64,000 bases of DNA from the NCBI GenBank assembly GCA_049965815.1, contig JBMFVV010000007.1, forward strand, positions 328-64,327, written 5' to 3'. This document shows positions 46,411 through 56,624 of this stretch, piece after piece. A program made the translations under genes and the position numbers. The stretch is from Thermoplasmata archaeon (GTDB lineage: Archaea; Thermoplasmatota; Thermoplasmata; Thermoplasmatales; GCA-001856825). Below the pieces are notes generated by a model. The model did not search any database, was not told the origin of the DNA, and saw only the letters and a list, made by a program, of their open reading frames with translations. The stretch's first letter is position 1. Each line of letters begins with the position of its first letter.

Positions 46411-47391
46411 ATGATGATGTCAAATGAACTCTACTGGCTCCCTGACTTGATAAATAGGTTGGAGAAACAGAGTGTGAGGGAAGCATATGGGAAGACCCTG
46501 GTCTCTGTTGGTTCCGATAAAAGTGTCGTTGTACTGGACGCGGATTTATCAACATCCACTCACACATCCATGTTCCAGAAGAAATACCCAGACAGGTTCT
46601 TCAATGTCGGAATTTCAGAGAACAACATGATGGGGGTTGCATCGGGACTGTCATGGACAGGGAAGAAAGTTTTCGTCTCCTCGTTCGCAATATTTGCAAC
46701 GGGAAGGGCGTACGACTTTGTAAGGCAGAGCGTCTGCTATGCGGACAGTGATGTCAGGATAGTTGCCACTCACGCCGGTCTCACTGTAGGGGAAGATGGG
46801 GCAACGCATCAAATGCTTGAGGATATAGGGCTTATGACTGGCCTTCCAAGGATGCGTGTTCTAGTTCCTTCAGATGCACTTGAGACTGAGCAGATAGTAA
46901 GATATGTTTACGAAAACAGGGGCCCATTTTACATGAGGCTCTCCAGAGAAAAGGTTCCAGTAGTACACACCTCAGAAACTTTTAAGTTTGGGAAAGCCGA
47001 AACGATACTGGATGGAGACGATGTCACAATAATCGCAACAGGCATAATGGTCATTGCGGCCAAGGTTGCTGCATCGTATCTGAAACAAAATGGCGTATCG
47101 GCAAGGGTGCTCAATATGTCAACTATAAAGCCAATCGACCGCGATGCAATCATAAAGGCAGCTCGGGAAACGGGGAAAATATTAACGGCTGAAGAGCACA
47201 GTATTTATAATGGGCTTGGCAGCAGGGTCAGCGAGGTAGTTGCTGAGAGTTATCCTGTACTGGTGAGGAGGCTGGGTGTAAATGACGTTTTCGGTGAGTC
47301 TGGTAAATCATGGGAGCTGATGGACAAATATGGATTGAATCCCATGGGAATCGTGAATAGCGTGGAAGAGATGATGAAGGTGACGACATGA
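46411..47391 (+). CDS. transketolase, C-terminal (pyrimidine-binding) subunit
   Basis: 326 aa. FFNVGISENNMMGVASGL and THAGLTVGEDGATHQ motifs. Starts 3 nt after the N-terminal subunit gene. Confidence 0.9.
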   Translation: MMMSNELYWLPDLINRLEKQSVREAYGKTLVSVGSDKSVVVLDADLSTSTHTSMFQKKYPDRFFNVGISENNMMGVASGLSWTGKKVFVSSFAIFATGRAYDFVRQSVCYADSDVRIVATHAGLTVGEDGATHQMLEDIGLMTGLPRMRVLVPSDALETEQIVRYVYENRGPFYMRLSREKVPVVHTSETFKFGKAETILDGDDVTIIATGIMVIAAKVAASYLKQNGVSARVLNMSTIKPIDRDAIIKAARETGKILTAEEHSIYNGLGSRVSEVVAESYPVLVRRLGVNDVFGESGKSWELMDKYGLNPMGIVNSVEEMMKVTT

Positions 47392-48056
47392 AATTCTTTT
47401 TGGACACTGCAAACATTACAGAGATAGAGGAAGGTGTTTCCTGGGGATGTGTGGATGGTATAACAACGAACCCAACTTTGATTTCAAGGGAACTGGTAGG
47501 TAAGACAGATTTCAAGACGCTTGTTAAAAAGATACTTGATTTGGTAGATGGTCCTGTGTCTCTTGAGGTCACTTCTGTCAAGGCTGAAGGAATGATAGCA
47601 GAGGCAAAGAAGTTAAAGAAGCTAGGGGACAACGTGGTTGTGAAAATACCCACAACTGTGGAGGGTCTGAAGGCGCTTAAGGTATTGAAATCACTGAAAA
47701 TAGAAACCAATGCGACTTTAGTTTTTTCAGTAAATCAGGCTCTGATGGTTGCAAAAGCCGGTGCGACCTATTCCTCCCCCTTTGTTGGAAGGTTGGACGA
47801 CGTCAGTGAGGACGGAATGTCCCTGATAGAGGATATCAGGGAAGTCTACGACAATTTCGGGATTGAGACTAAGATTATTGTTGCATCGATCAGGCATCCG
47901 GTTCATGTGAGAGATGCGGCACTCATTGGGGCAGACATTGCGACAATGCCTTTTGAAGTCTTCAAGAAGTTGATAAACCATCCGAAGACAGACGAAGGGC
48001 TCAAGAGATTTCTGGATGACTGGCAGAAGATTGATAAGAAAAAACTGATGTTCTGA
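47388..48056 (+). CDS. tal: transaldolase (small, fructose-6-phosphate aldolase-type subfamily)
   Basis: 222 aa. MKFFLDTANITEIEE...GITTNPTL and the Schiff-base region VVKIPTT. 4 nt overlap with the transketolase C-terminal subunit gene. Confidence 0.9.
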   Translation: MKFFLDTANITEIEEGVSWGCVDGITTNPTLISRELVGKTDFKTLVKKILDLVDGPVSLEVTSVKAEGMIAEAKKLKKLGDNVVVKIPTTVEGLKALKVLKSLKIETNATLVFSVNQALMVAKAGATYSSPFVGRLDDVSEDGMSLIEDIREVYDNFGIETKIIVASIRHPVHVRDAALIGADIATMPFEVFKKLINHPKTDEGLKRFLDDWQKIDKKKLMF

Positions 48057-48871
48057 TGGGAAAGGTTCTTGCAATAGCTAGTCCACCTGACCTAGACGCA
48101 GTTGCGTCCGTATACCTCCTAAGGAGGGCTTTAAGGGATGAAGTGGAAGTAAGATATCTCGATCATAACGTCATAGAAGTATCTGAAGCTGATTACATCC
48201 TTGATTCACCTCACGGCAAAGTGCGAATCATGAGATTTGACCACCACGATACCAGGGAATGGACCTGTTCCGCTATGAAGGTGGTAGAATACTTCAACTT
48301 GGGAAAAGCTGAGAGGAGACTTGCAGAGGCGGTCTGCTGGCAGGATAATGCAGGGTGGCGTTCTCTAGGGAGGGATGGAATGGATAACCTACTTGATACG
48401 GCCCTTAAGAGCTTGATGGTTGCTGGCTACAGACCTGAACAATTTGATGACATATTCAGGACGATTTTTGATGCGATGATAGTCAAATTTCAAGAGGACG
48501 AGAAGGTAGTTTCCCAAATAGAAGAAAACATAATTTTCAGGAGTAACGGAAATGAGGTGCTCACAGTCAAAGGTGATTTCCCGAAGGATGTCATCTTTCA
48601 GAAGTTCGGGCCGGAATTCCTTGTGAAGGTATCAAAATGGGGGATATCTGTCACAAGGTCAGCAAAATTGCAGGCTCCAGATTTGTCTGATTTCAGGGAC
48701 GTGGTAGCGGCAATAAGTAGTAGCGGATTGGACCGATGGTTCTTTCACCCTCAGGGGTTCTACATAGGTTATTCAATCAATCCGGATAATAGAGAGGAAA
48801 TTCCGGTGGATCCGGAAGTTTTCTCGAAGGAACTTCTGGAATTCGTGAAGAAGAAAGCTACCTCTCATTAG
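48056..48871 (+). CDS. divergent DHH-superfamily phosphoesterase-like protein
   Basis: 271 aa. LAIASPPDLDAVASVYLL resembles DHH motifs I/II and RFDHHD resembles motif III. No clear GGGH DHHA1 motif. The ATG overlaps the transaldolase stop (TGATG). Confidence 0.4.
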   Translation: MGKVLAIASPPDLDAVASVYLLRRALRDEVEVRYLDHNVIEVSEADYILDSPHGKVRIMRFDHHDTREWTCSAMKVVEYFNLGKAERRLAEAVCWQDNAGWRSLGRDGMDNLLDTALKSLMVAGYRPEQFDDIFRTIFDAMIVKFQEDEKVVSQIEENIIFRSNGNEVLTVKGDFPKDVIFQKFGPEFLVKVSKWGISVTRSAKLQAPDLSDFRDVVAAISSSGLDRWFFHPQGFYIGYSINPDNREEIPVDPEVFSKELLEFVKKKATSH

Positions 48872-48923
48872 TTTTGTTGACAAAATAAAGAAAAGTTTGA
48901 TAATATTTGAGCACTACACCGCC

Positions 48924-49799
48924 ATGCAAAAATTCAAGGACGTCCAGTCTGAGGCACCAGAAAGCAATTACAGGCTCGACAGAGTGGGTCTCACAAATGT
49001 CATGAGACCGATTACTGTTCAGAGAAAGAAGAAGACAATAACTCTCATACCCACATTCAGGGTTTTTGTCGATCTCCCACCATCAAGGAAGGGAAGCGAC
49101 CTGTCGAGGGACATAGAGGCAGTGGAGGATGTTGTGGAGGGAGAGGTAGAAGGGAGAACAAAGGGAATAGAATATGTAGCTGAGCTTATAGTTGAAAAAC
49201 TGCTGGCAAGGCATCCTTATGCAAGTTCCGCAGAAGCAGAACTGACTGCCGATTATTTCCTTGAGAGAGCCAATCCAAAAGGAAGAAAGACGACAGAAAG
49301 ATACCTGATAAAGGGAATGGCTACAAAGAAGGACGGAGAACGAGCGAGAAGGTATGTGGGGGCAACAGCAACAGGTATAACAGTGTGCCCATCAGCGATG
49401 AAAACTGTATCAACACTCATGAACAGGAAGGATGACTCTCCGCCATACATATCACACAACCAGAGGAATGACGTTTCTATCACTATGGAGGTTCCAGATG
49501 GCTGGGACGTTGAAGTGAATGAGCTCATAGACATAGCAGAACAATCAATGAGTGCTCCTACCTACGAGCTCCTGAAAAGGGAAGAGGAGGGTATGTTAGT
49601 TCTCCAAGCCCACAAGAACCCAAAGTTTGTTGAGGATGTTGTGAGAGACGCTATGAAACTCATCGTCAAAAAATTCGCGAAGATGCCGGATGACGTTTCT
49701 GTCCGGGTCACCAGCGAAAGTCATGAGACAATACATAAGCACAATGCCTATGCTGAAAAATACGGTACTCTCGGGGCACTGAGGAAGGAACTGACCTAA
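48924..49799 (+). CDS. mptA: GTP cyclohydrolase MptA/FolE2 family (DUF198)
   Basis: ~291 aa from the ATG at 48924 (the ORF track uses the TTG at 48897). ...KDVQSEAPESNYRLDRVGLTNVMRPI...DLPPSRKGSDLSR... follows the FolE2/MptA pattern. Confidence 0.7.
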   Translation: MQKFKDVQSEAPESNYRLDRVGLTNVMRPITVQRKKKTITLIPTFRVFVDLPPSRKGSDLSRDIEAVEDVVEGEVEGRTKGIEYVAELIVEKLLARHPYASSAEAELTADYFLERANPKGRKTTERYLIKGMATKKDGERARRYVGATATGITVCPSAMKTVSTLMNRKDDSPPYISHNQRNDVSITMEVPDGWDVEVNELIDIAEQSMSAPTYELLKREEEGMLVLQAHKNPKFVEDVVRDAMKLIVKKFAKMPDDVSVRVTSESHETIHKHNAYAEKYGTLGALRKELT

Positions 49800-52501
49800 G
49801 ACCAGAATCTTCTGTTCTTAGCAAATTCCACTTCATTTATCAGAATTCTTTCAAGCAGCTCATTTTCTGTCTTTATGGGAACTTCAAGGATTCTCGATGC
49901 GCTTTCCGGGCCAATACCATGTGCGGCAAGGACTATCAGCGCCCTTTCCTCGTACATTCTCAAAAGATGATATGAAGTTCTGATCTTTCTCATAGTTTCA
50001 GCTGACATCTTTTGTGTGTTCTCAATCTCGTAAGGCTTGATTGGTGCGATCCTCGGGCTGCTGCAGAATATGCACCTTCTATCCTTCAGATCCTGCACCC
50101 TGCTTTTGAAAACCCTGTGACAGCTGAGGCAGTAGAATGCCATCTCCTCAGATAGAAGTCTTTTCTTCACTGCAGAGAGTATGGGTGCCGTGGGCCTTAT
50201 GGGCATCATCTTTTCCTTAAGGCTGCTCATATAGAGCTTCGATGAACTGGAGAATGCGTTACTGACTTTGATTGTCATTTCTCCAGTTGAAATCATGTCA
50301 CTGATGGTGGAGAGGTTTTCAATATCCAGGTAGTCCCACTTGAACTTCGCCAGTGCCTCATTGAAGAAAGGAGTGTTCCTGTGTGATGAGAATATCCTGT
50401 CCATCCTGATTCTTGTAAAATCGCTCTCCTTGGATATAACCCCAAATTTTTTTGCAACATTGATCGTGCTGTACTGAAACGTTTTTGACTTCTCCACAAA
50501 CCTGTCTATATTCTCGAATTCATCCTTCAGATGCTCAAGTATATCCACTATCTCTTCCACCCTGTATCTCGTGTTCCCGCTGATCACTATGTGGTATGGC
50601 GAATTGTCAAAAAGGAACGACTCCCCATATTTTTCAGATAACCTGAAGGTGATGATAAGTGCAAGGGTATAATTGGCCTTAGTCCCAGCAGTAAGCTGTA
50701 GGACTGTAGTCACCCCTTCCTTCTCTATCTTCAATAAACGATCGTTCGCCGCGCTGTGCCTGAAGTTACTTATCTTATCCTTGGTGTATTCATCCAGGTT
50801 ATCGTCCAGAACATTTTCCCTTCTCTCCCTTCCAACTTCCATTGCGATCTCATACGGTACTGGTATTTCTTCGCCAGACCAGCTTGGAGGGACTGAAATG
50901 CCCTGAATGAAATCGACGTAGATGTACCTGTCCTTTATTCCAAGAACCCTCCATGTGCTCCCCTTAAGCGTGAACGTAGACCCTATATCTATCTCTGTTG
51001 CCACATACCCTTCATCCAGGAATCCTATGATCTTCGCCGTACTGGACTCTTTAACAACATATCTCTTCTCATCGGGTATCATCGATATGTTCTCGATGAA
51101 GTATTTCAATGTCCTTCCACTCCTGCGTATTTCCTGAGTCACCGGATCGTACCTTATCACGTATATTGATGATAGAAAAGTCAGGAGTGATACCAGGTCA
51201 TCTTTTGTAAGATTGCGAAAATTGTTGACACGAGTGAATATATCGTATGCTTTTTCTAGAGTAATCTGTTTTTCTGAGTGAACCAGGGCCATTATCTGGT
51301 TTGCCACAACGATCATAGGATTTTCCCTGATCTTGACTTTCTCTATCTGACCCAGTTCCGCGAACTTCGAGATGACGCATCCTTCTTCTGATTCAATCTC
51401 ATTCATGGCGACTATCTCTCCCTTTGAGATATCGCCAAGTCTGTGCTTTCCGCGCCCGACCCTCTGCACCAGTCTAATGACCTGCCTCGGTGAATTCACC
51501 TGGGCAACGAAGTCAACGCTTCCTATGTCAATGCCCAGTTCCATGCTTGATGTACATATTATACCTCTCAGCTTCCCCTTCTTGAAGTCATCCTCAATCT
51601 TTGTTCTCACGTCCTTGCCAAGGGAGCCGTGATGCACATCCACGAGTATATTTTCGTCAACAAGCCTCAGTCTCATCACTATATCTTCCGCCGTTGCCCT
51701 TGTGTTGGAAAAAACTATAAACTGTCTGTTTGAATTGTACAATTTCATTATGTAATCGACTATCTGTGCATAATTCTCATCAGATCCGATGGCGTCCTTG
51801 AAAGAGGGGAGAGCTCCACTGGGCATAGAAACGTTGATCTTGTACTTCTTTGCTATACCAGCCTTCAGAACCTTGTAGTCGTTGTCAAAGAATATATTTC
51901 TTGATACCTCCTCCGGGTTCCCAATTGTTGCAGAAATTGCGATTATTTTAAAGTCTGGAGCTATTTCCCTCATCCTTGAGAGTCCTATCATCAGTTGCCA
52001 TCCGCGTTCATCGTTGAGCAGCTCGTGGACTTCATCAATTATCACATACCTGACTGTCCTGAGGTGGTTTCTAATCCTCTTCCCGCTCACTATAAGTTGA
52101 AGTGTTTCAGGGGTCGTTATGAGCACCTGAGGCGGGTGAAGAAGCTGATACCTTCTTTCGCTCTCACTGCTGTCACCGTGTCTCACTCCAACCTCAAGAT
52201 CAAATGACTTGGCATAGAATTCTATTCTAGAAAGTACATCCCTGTTGAGGGCTCTTAGAGGAGTTATGTATATTGCTCCGAATCCCTGTATCCTATCCTT
52301 CATCTCACTAAGCTTGAAAAAAACAGGAAGGACCGCAGCCTCTGTCTTACCGCTGCCAGTCGGAGAGGTAAGAAGAACATTATGGTCCTTCAGAATCTCA
52401 GGTATGCCAATTCTCTGAGGCTCAGTGAATTCACTAAAACCCCTCTCTCTGAGGACATTTAGCAACTTTTCCTCCACTTCCCTATCTGACCCTGCTCGCA
52501 T
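49796..52501 (-). CDS. lhr: Lhr-family ATP-dependent (DExH) helicase
   Basis: 901 aa. FTEPQRIGIPEILKDHNVLLTSPTGSGKTEAA (motif I), IIDEVHEL (motif II), SATIGN, HHGSL, and a C-terminal Cys4 zinc ribbon (CLSCHRV...CIFCSS). Confidence 0.85.
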   Translation of the reverse strand: MRAGSDREVEEKLLNVLRERGFSEFTEPQRIGIPEILKDHNVLLTSPTGSGKTEAAVLPVFFKLSEMKDRIQGFGAIYITPLRALNRDVLSRIEFYAKSFDLEVGVRHGDSSESERRYQLLHPPQVLITTPETLQLIVSGKRIRNHLRTVRYVIIDEVHELLNDERGWQLMIGLSRMREIAPDFKIIAISATIGNPEEVSRNIFFDNDYKVLKAGIAKKYKINVSMPSGALPSFKDAIGSDENYAQIVDYIMKLYNSNRQFIVFSNTRATAEDIVMRLRLVDENILVDVHHGSLGKDVRTKIEDDFKKGKLRGIICTSSMELGIDIGSVDFVAQVNSPRQVIRLVQRVGRGKHRLGDISKGEIVAMNEIESEEGCVISKFAELGQIEKVKIRENPMIVVANQIMALVHSEKQITLEKAYDIFTRVNNFRNLTKDDLVSLLTFLSSIYVIRYDPVTQEIRRSGRTLKYFIENISMIPDEKRYVVKESSTAKIIGFLDEGYVATEIDIGSTFTLKGSTWRVLGIKDRYIYVDFIQGISVPPSWSGEEIPVPYEIAMEVGRERRENVLDDNLDEYTKDKISNFRHSAANDRLLKIEKEGVTTVLQLTAGTKANYTLALIITFRLSEKYGESFLFDNSPYHIVISGNTRYRVEEIVDILEHLKDEFENIDRFVEKSKTFQYSTINVAKKFGVISKESDFTRIRMDRIFSSHRNTPFFNEALAKFKWDYLDIENLSTISDMISTGEMTIKVSNAFSSSSKLYMSSLKEKMMPIRPTAPILSAVKKRLLSEEMAFYCLSCHRVFKSRVQDLKDRRCIFCSSPRIAPIKPYEIENTQKMSAETMRKIRTSYHLLRMYEERALIVLAAHGIGPESASRILEVPIKTENELLERILINEVEFAKNRRFWS

Positions 52502-52560
52502 TCAGGGAGTGGATGCTGAAAGGCTTAAAAAGGAATGCACAAGTAATTTTTCAAGAAAAT

Positions 52561-52568
52561 TATTTAAA
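52561..52568 (+). promoter_or_regulatory. TATA box candidate (TATTTAAA) for the FNR-like gene
   Basis: Centred ~25 nt upstream of the ATG at 52590, the spacing expected for a leaderless archaeal mRNA. Confidence 0.3.
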
Positions 52569-52589
52569 TGGTATACAACTTGCGCCCTG

Positions 52590-53321
52590 ATGTTGGGAAA
52601 GATGGGTCTCAAGTCATTCTCGATCTATGAAATCAAGGAGCTTACTCATGGAGAGCCAGACAGTCCGAAAATCGTGAGCTTCAAGATGAGACCGATCGAT
52701 GGGCATAAATTTGATTTCGTCCCGGGGATGTTTTCGTCCCTGTTCCTAAACCCAAACGATAAACTGTTCCGTTCATACTCCATTGCATCCTCCCCTGATG
52801 AAGATCACATGGAATTCATGATAGAGATGATTAATGGCAGGTTCACCAGCCAGCTTGCCAATCTCAAGGTAGGTGACGAAATATTTGTCTCAGAACCCAG
52901 AGGTGCATTCACATATCAGCCAGACGCTCAGCACAGTGATCTGTTTCTCGCAGCTGGAATTGGCATCGCTCCTTTCTTCTCCATGCTGAGATACCTCAAG
53001 AGTAAGAATCTGAAAAGAAATATCTATATGTTTTACAGTATAAAACACAAGGATGACATAGTCAATCCCTCCGAACTGCAGTCATACGCAGAACTTGGCT
53101 TGAAACTTGTATATACCGTCACAAGGGACCCTGCGGATAGCGACTGGAATGGCGAAAGGGGCAGGATCAACGTGCAAATGATTAAAAATCATGTAGAAGA
53201 GTTTGCCTCCAGCACTGTATATTTATGCGGTGGCATAAAGTTCGTGAAGGATATCGTTGAGGAGCTAAAATCTGAAGGAATCGGGGACGAACAGATAAAG
53301 AGAGACATCTGGGGCGAATGA
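52590..53321 (+). CDS. ferredoxin-NADP reductase-like FAD/NAD(P)-binding oxidoreductase
   Basis: 243 aa from the ATG at 52590 (the ORF-track start at 52425 overlaps lhr). FAD-binding RSYSIAS and GxxS/T motifs, NAD(P) motif LFLAAGIGIAPF, C-terminal YLCGG. Confidence 0.65.
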   Translation: MLGKMGLKSFSIYEIKELTHGEPDSPKIVSFKMRPIDGHKFDFVPGMFSSLFLNPNDKLFRSYSIASSPDEDHMEFMIEMINGRFTSQLANLKVGDEIFVSEPRGAFTYQPDAQHSDLFLAAGIGIAPFFSMLRYLKSKNLKRNIYMFYSIKHKDDIVNPSELQSYAELGLKLVYTVTRDPADSDWNGERGRINVQMIKNHVEEFASSTVYLCGGIKFVKDIVEELKSEGIGDEQIKRDIWGE

Positions 53322-53403
53322 GCTAATTATAAGCGCTATTGGGAATTGTAACCTCTTAAAAATTGGAAGAAAGTAAAAAAATAAAAAAAAGTGAAATTGT
53401 TGT

Positions 53404-56226
53404 TTAGCTGTACGTCATCGGGTAGTACAACAGGAAAGACAATCCTACTGCTGTGTTTTCGCTTGGAACTAATCCTGCGGGATTAAGCGCTGTGCTCATA
53501 TAGACTACTCCGATAGGCTGGAACACTCCTACGTATAGATAGAGTTCAACAGCTATCTTATCTGCTTTATAATAGTAGGCTGTAGCTCCCGCGCTTGTAT
53601 TCTGTTCGTTTGCAAATACTATATCATTCCACATCTGCTTTATCATTGCCCATTGGTCTGGATACTTTTGCTGTGTGAACGAAGTATTCCCGTATGCGGT
53701 GCTGTTTGCTTCTATTATTCCATTAGGAAGCGTGTATATGCCGTATTGCTGCAATTCAGGTGCCATGAAGTCAGTCGGGCCAGGATAGTCATCTATCCAT
53801 CCCAAGAACCAGAGAGGCATTATGTTTGCGCCTGAAGGTACCGTGCTGAAAGCTACTGTGTATGCAAATGGTACGTCTACAGTTGACATCTTTATCTTTC
53901 CGCCACTCATCTGGCTAAGAGCCGCTTCCCATACCGTGAACATTTCATCTTGGGCAGGTTGTCCTTGAGAATTGAACGCAGGGAATATCCAGGTTCCGTT
54001 GTTATATCCTGACTGATTGAAGTAGAAAGATGCCATCTGTAGATTGTACTGATTTGCACCCGGTAGTTGAGTGATGTTCGCTGGATAATCTCCAATTCCC
54101 GGCGGTAGCATGCCAACTTCACTATTCGCAAAGTATTGCCCGTCGTTATATTCCGTGACATTGATCATGTATGAGTAATTGAAAGCATAGCTGAAGGCTT
54201 TTCTTATCGATAGGTTATCAAAGAATCCGGACCATATGTTTGTGGCCGAAAGGTAGGTTTTGGCCCCTGTCACGTTGATAGCCAGATTGAAGGTGTAGAA
54301 GAAGTTAGACATTTCAGTAGCAGTTACTGCTGTGATTATACCCTGGCTCTCCAGGGCCTTTGCCTGTGGTGTTGATGCTGGAGGGTAAGCTCCCGCAGCG
54401 AACTGCGCATACCCAGATTGTAGCTGTTCCTGTGCCGTTCCCTGGTTAGTAAGGTACTCAAGCTCTACCTTGGGTACAAGGGCCGAGGGGGCTGGGAGTT
54501 GATTGCTCGACTGCACATAGTACGGATTGGGTGTCAGCGAAACGAGGGCAGCCGCTTCATACAACGAAAGCTTGTACGGTCCGCTTCCCATAGTGTTGTA
54601 AATCAGGAACGAATTGAATTCTGCAGCTGTTCCGTATTGCTCAAAGTTTGCATAAGATGCACTCGTGTTTTGTGGAAGGGTCGGCTCGGGGGCGGAATTG
54701 TTGTGAGCTATCAACCATTTGTAGTCCATAATATAGGATGCTACTGGTCCAGCTAGGAGCTGGAAGAAAATGCCTGCGGAACCAAAGTTCCAGATCTTGT
54801 AGTTTTGAGTTTGATTCACTGAGTAATTAAGGTAAGTCTGGTTCAAGATTCCGTAATTCACTCCAGCGTATGTGGCATTAGTATTCGGTAGCCATGTCAG
54901 GACAGATGGAAGTAAGTGGAATGTCACTGACTGGGTGGTGTTGTTCCACGTAATTGCGTGGTGTACCCAGAAGAAACTGTTGTTGAACGGACCATAAATT
55001 GAGGATCCAGGCAGAAGCGCTTGCGCGACAATCCATCCGGGCGTTCCTGCATCGTTCGCGAACAGGAGAGTCCTCAAGAAGGATACGTAGACGTCGTAGG
55101 CCGTAGCTTGGTCTCCATTCGAGAATGTCACTGACTGGTTTACATAGAACGTAATGTTTTCAGCGGTACTTCCCGTCCCGAACCAGTTCCAAGTGGTTAT
55201 TTCACCGTTTGCGGTACTTGGGACGTTAGTTGCAAATACTGGGTGGAAGTCCGTAAGAGAAGTTCCGTTATAGTATACCAGTGGCTGGTATATTTCATAA
55301 AGTACCTCATAACTCACAGTATCGTAAGCAATTGCAGGGTCCAGTGTTCTTGGGCCACCTGGCACATATTCAGCATTCACAATTTCCTGCTTGTTCGTAG
55401 ATATTCCTGTTGGCGGCTTGGCAACAGAGTAGTTTCCGACGGCAATTGTCAGAGTATAAGTTCCTGTAACAGTGACTCCATTCCCTTCGGTTGCAGTCGT
55501 GAGTGAAACATCATGGAAGCCTGGTGTTTTGAATGTAAGGTTTACTGTTTCTGGCTCTCCAGTATTGTTGTCTGCAATTACCTGCGTTCCATTGTCAACA
55601 TTCCAGGAGAAGGATTGGACAGTATAGCCTGGTGCTCCTGAGACGGGGCTACCTACTGTTACTGTTATTCCAGCTAGCAGTCCAGCGAATGTCAGATTTA
55701 CCCATCCTCCAGTCCCGATTGTTGTGTTGCCGTTATTTGATGTGCCTTGAACATAAATCGGTCCGAAAATCTGTGCTGGATTCGGGCTTATGGGTGCATT
55801 TGCAGTTATAGCAAGTAGGGATGAGTTACTGGTAGCAACACCACTTGGTCCTACTGCGTACATACCTACAAGATATGATCCAGGACTGGCGTAAGTGTGT
55901 GTCGCTTCACCTGATCCGTTGGTGAATGTTTCTGTCGTTCCGTCACCAAAATTCCACACAAGTTTTGTCCATTTGAAGGTTGATGGTATGTTCGGAGTGA
56001 ATGTTGTGGGCGTTCCTGCTGCAGTTGCAACTCCTGATGTTATAGGTGTTACCGATAGTGTTTGTTTCGTTGGTGTCTTTGGTGTAGTCGTCGGGTGGTA
56101 TGTCAGTACAACCACTCCAGCTATTATTACGACTATAACCACGACCACAGCGATCCATTTCCAAGCAGAACTCTTCTTCGGGTTTGGTGGAGAAGGGGCC
56201 TGCTCTGTGCTTTGTGGTTGCGTCAT
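53404..56226 (-). CDS. ABC transporter substrate-binding protein (family 5, Opp/Dpp type) with an N-terminal membrane anchor, Thr/Pro linker and PKD-like domains
   Basis: 940 aa. TM WIAVVVVIVVIIAGVVVL, then TTTPKTPTKQT. PKD-like WNFGDGTTETFTNGSGEATHTYASPGSY. The SBP_bac_5 core starts near NAEYVPGGPRTLDPAIAYDTVSYEVLYEIYQPLV. Dense N-x-S/T sequons. GGGAGGT Shine-Dalgarno sequence upstream. Confidence 0.8.
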   Translation of the reverse strand: MTQPQSTEQAPSPPNPKKSSAWKWIAVVVVIVVIIAGVVVLTYHPTTTPKTPTKQTLSVTPITSGVATAAGTPTTFTPNIPSTFKWTKLVWNFGDGTTETFTNGSGEATHTYASPGSYLVGMYAVGPSGVATSNSSLLAITANAPISPNPAQIFGPIYVQGTSNNGNTTIGTGGWVNLTFAGLLAGITVTVGSPVSGAPGYTVQSFSWNVDNGTQVIADNNTGEPETVNLTFKTPGFHDVSLTTATEGNGVTVTGTYTLTIAVGNYSVAKPPTGISTNKQEIVNAEYVPGGPRTLDPAIAYDTVSYEVLYEIYQPLVYYNGTSLTDFHPVFATNVPSTANGEITTWNWFGTGSTAENITFYVNQSVTFSNGDQATAYDVYVSFLRTLLFANDAGTPGWIVAQALLPGSSIYGPFNNSFFWVHHAITWNNTTQSVTFHLLPSVLTWLPNTNATYAGVNYGILNQTYLNYSVNQTQNYKIWNFGSAGIFFQLLAGPVASYIMDYKWLIAHNNSAPEPTLPQNTSASYANFEQYGTAAEFNSFLIYNTMGSGPYKLSLYEAAALVSLTPNPYYVQSSNQLPAPSALVPKVELEYLTNQGTAQEQLQSGYAQFAAGAYPPASTPQAKALESQGIITAVTATEMSNFFYTFNLAINVTGAKTYLSATNIWSGFFDNLSIRKAFSYAFNYSYMINVTEYNDGQYFANSEVGMLPPGIGDYPANITQLPGANQYNLQMASFYFNQSGYNNGTWIFPAFNSQGQPAQDEMFTVWEAALSQMSGGKIKMSTVDVPFAYTVAFSTVPSGANIMPLWFLGWIDDYPGPTDFMAPELQQYGIYTLPNGIIEANSTAYGNTSFTQQKYPDQWAMIKQMWNDIVFANEQNTSAGATAYYYKADKIAVELYLYVGVFQPIGVVYMSTALNPAGLVPSENTAVGLSFLLYYPMTYS

Positions 56227-56337
56227 ATGACCTCCCTATTGCAATGAACCTCTATACTTAAGTTTTCCTCAATTTGCAAGCTTCATAAGGCAAAACTAAT
56301 GACTTTTGGTAACCTTCATTTGCCATAATTCTAGATA

Positions 56338-56619
56338 CTAAAATCTCTCTGGAAATAGGCGCTTGTAAACGAGGAACTCAACATAGATAATTGGGATGAG
56401 AGCGATCACTGAGAGTATCATGATGATTAGGTTTGCATTCCCGCCATACTTTGAATAATCCTCAACAAATTGCAAGACAAAAAATGCATCAATGAACAGA
56501 CAGAGAAGGTTATACCAGTATCTTGCAAAGTCCTCTTTGGCCCACCTCTTCCAGCTCTTTCCTGGGTCTTCAATCGCTTTCTTTCTCTCTTCCCCTTCAA
56601 GTTTATCGAATAAAGGCAT
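56338..56619 (-). CDS. small two-TM membrane protein embedded in the opp operon
   Basis: 93 aa. Charged N-terminus, then two hydrophobic helices (YNLLCLFIDAFFVLQFV and LIIMILSVIALIPIIYVEFLV). Lies between the second ATPase gene and the binding-protein gene. Confidence 0.4.
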   Translation of the reverse strand: MPLFDKLEGEERKKAIEDPGKSWKRWAKEDFARYWYNLLCLFIDAFFVLQFVEDYSKYGGNANLIIMILSVIALIPIIYVEFLVYKRLFPERF

Positions 56620-56624
56620 TTGTA

